Origin: Squalus acanthias
Lineage: Eukaryota
Direction: 5' to 3'
Assembly: GCA_030390025.1 (NCBI GenBank)
Contig: CM059448.1
Location: 25,544,001 to 25,608,000 of the forward strand
DNA: 64,000 nucleotides
Position 1 is the stretch's first letter. The number at the start of each line of letters is the position of its first letter. The notes beneath the pieces are model-generated. The model was not told the DNA's origin. It saw only the letters and a program-made list of their open reading frames with translations, and made no database searches. Both the position numbers and the translations under genes were made by a program. Of the stretch, positions 62,655 through 64,000 are shown piece by piece.

Positions 62655-64000
62655 CGTCGAATTAATTCGAATGGATGGAAAATCTTGCAAGGCCCACCGA
62701 CACCAGGAGTGTGAATTTATAAAATCGATCCTTGTTTGGTCAAAGATGCTCTTGCGTCATTTACCTAGGATCAGCTGTGCTTATCTGGTTTTATATTCTA
62801 ACAAATGAGAAACTAAATCCAGTCAGACTGTGGCTAGAGATATGCCAACCACCCACGTTACATGTGGACAGTCAGTGTCCACTAGTCAGCGCTTGCTGAC
62901 AGCATTCAGCACAGGATCTAACTTCCTCCGCTGCCTTGAGATGCCACCTAAATGTCCCAGTGTGCTCTGTTCTGCACACACGCAGCCATATCAAATAATG
63001 CCTACGTTGTTTCATGTCTTGTCTCTCTCTCTCTCTCTCTGGCTGACTGCCTTTGTTCTGACCAGTGGGCTTCATTGCTGCCACTAGGAATCAGCCTTGC
63101 TGCCGTGTTGGTTTTTTGAGAGGGGGTGGCGTGGGGCATGGCGTCACTGGGGGAACCAGGAGAATGTGATGCCGGTATTTTACAATGGGAATCGCGGTGG
63201 AGAGACCAAAGAGACAAATAATGGCGGAAACTGGTCGCGCACGTTCTTCTTTGCACGTACAAGACACTTTTACTGTCCTTTGATCTGTTTTTTCTTCAAG
63301 AGAGTTCAGTTGGTATTTGGGGCAGTGAAGAAGAGAAGGTAGGAACAAAAATGTTCTGTTTTACAGCTGAGTAGGAAGCAAATATTCAACTTCTATGTGA
63401 ATTTTGTTGTATATGTTGAGAAAAATGCTGATAATCAGGTGTACAACTACATACACCAAACATATTAAGCACAACGACAGCATTTCAAACTTGATGTTCA
63501 CTTGTCTACATTAGCAAATGAACATCAGTGGAGATTCAAATCACCCACACTGGGGTTGCCCATGAGCTGCCATGATTGGTCCTGGTCCTCGACGCTCCCT
63601 TACCCCAACTCGCTCCACATATCGCTGCTGCTTTTACACCATGCTTGCGCATTCTGTGGGTGGGAACACCCAATCTATTATCAGTACCATTCCCGCCCAA
63701 GGTGTGCAGCAGAGGTTAGTCCCTGGAACACAGCAGCAGCACCAGGTAGGAGCCAGGATGGGAGAATCAGGAAAATAAAAACCCTGTGAACTGGAAGTGG
63801 GAGTGGCAGCGAGCAGAATCTCAGGGTGAACCTGGGGAGAGAAGTCTTGCAGCACGAATTGAGGGGGGCAGAGGGAGGAGAGTGCCAGCATGAACTGAAG
63901 GGGAAAAAGAGTGTTTCCATGAACTGGGGGAAGAGGGAAGGAGAGTGTCTCCGTGTCACTAAAATTATAAAGCAGCATAACAAACAGCGGGCATCAATAC

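Larger units (their letters stand above)
56376..64000 (+). other. Intron downstream of the micro-exon
   Basis: Starts at the GTAAGA donor; I did not see the next exon (ASxxSEKLF-like) before the window end. Confidence 0.65.

Overview
Vertebrate (very likely cartilaginous fish/shark) genomic DNA, almost entirely intronic. The only host coding sequence I can support is a 30-nt micro-exon at 56346-56375 (+) encoding CDSESDPDEK. It matches the 30-nt exon of the AUTS2/FBRSL1/FBRS family, closest to FBRSL1 from recalled sequences, so the window is about 56 kb of the upstream intron plus about 7.6 kb of the downstream intron. The rest is a layered transposon landscape: Deu-domain tRNA SINEs (SacSINE1-like), two other tRNA-headed SINE families, CR1 and L2 LINE relics, Penelope-like terminal-repeat mini-elements (one with an intact minimal hammerhead ribozyme core and a 14-bp TSD, two as foldback palindromes), at least five families of ~700-870 bp non-autonomous DNA transposons with GG-starting TIRs and 3-bp TSDs (PIF/Harbinger-type), and a hAT-type MITE. 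There is also a ferritin retro-fragment with a 10-bp TSD, a ~2.6 kb 31-bp minisatellite 3 kb downstream of the micro-exon, and several repeat-free, TF-motif-rich candidate enhancers. There are no prokaryotic features, and the long ORFs in the track are repeat artefacts. Family names come from recall, not database searches. Boundaries without a TSD are approximate.
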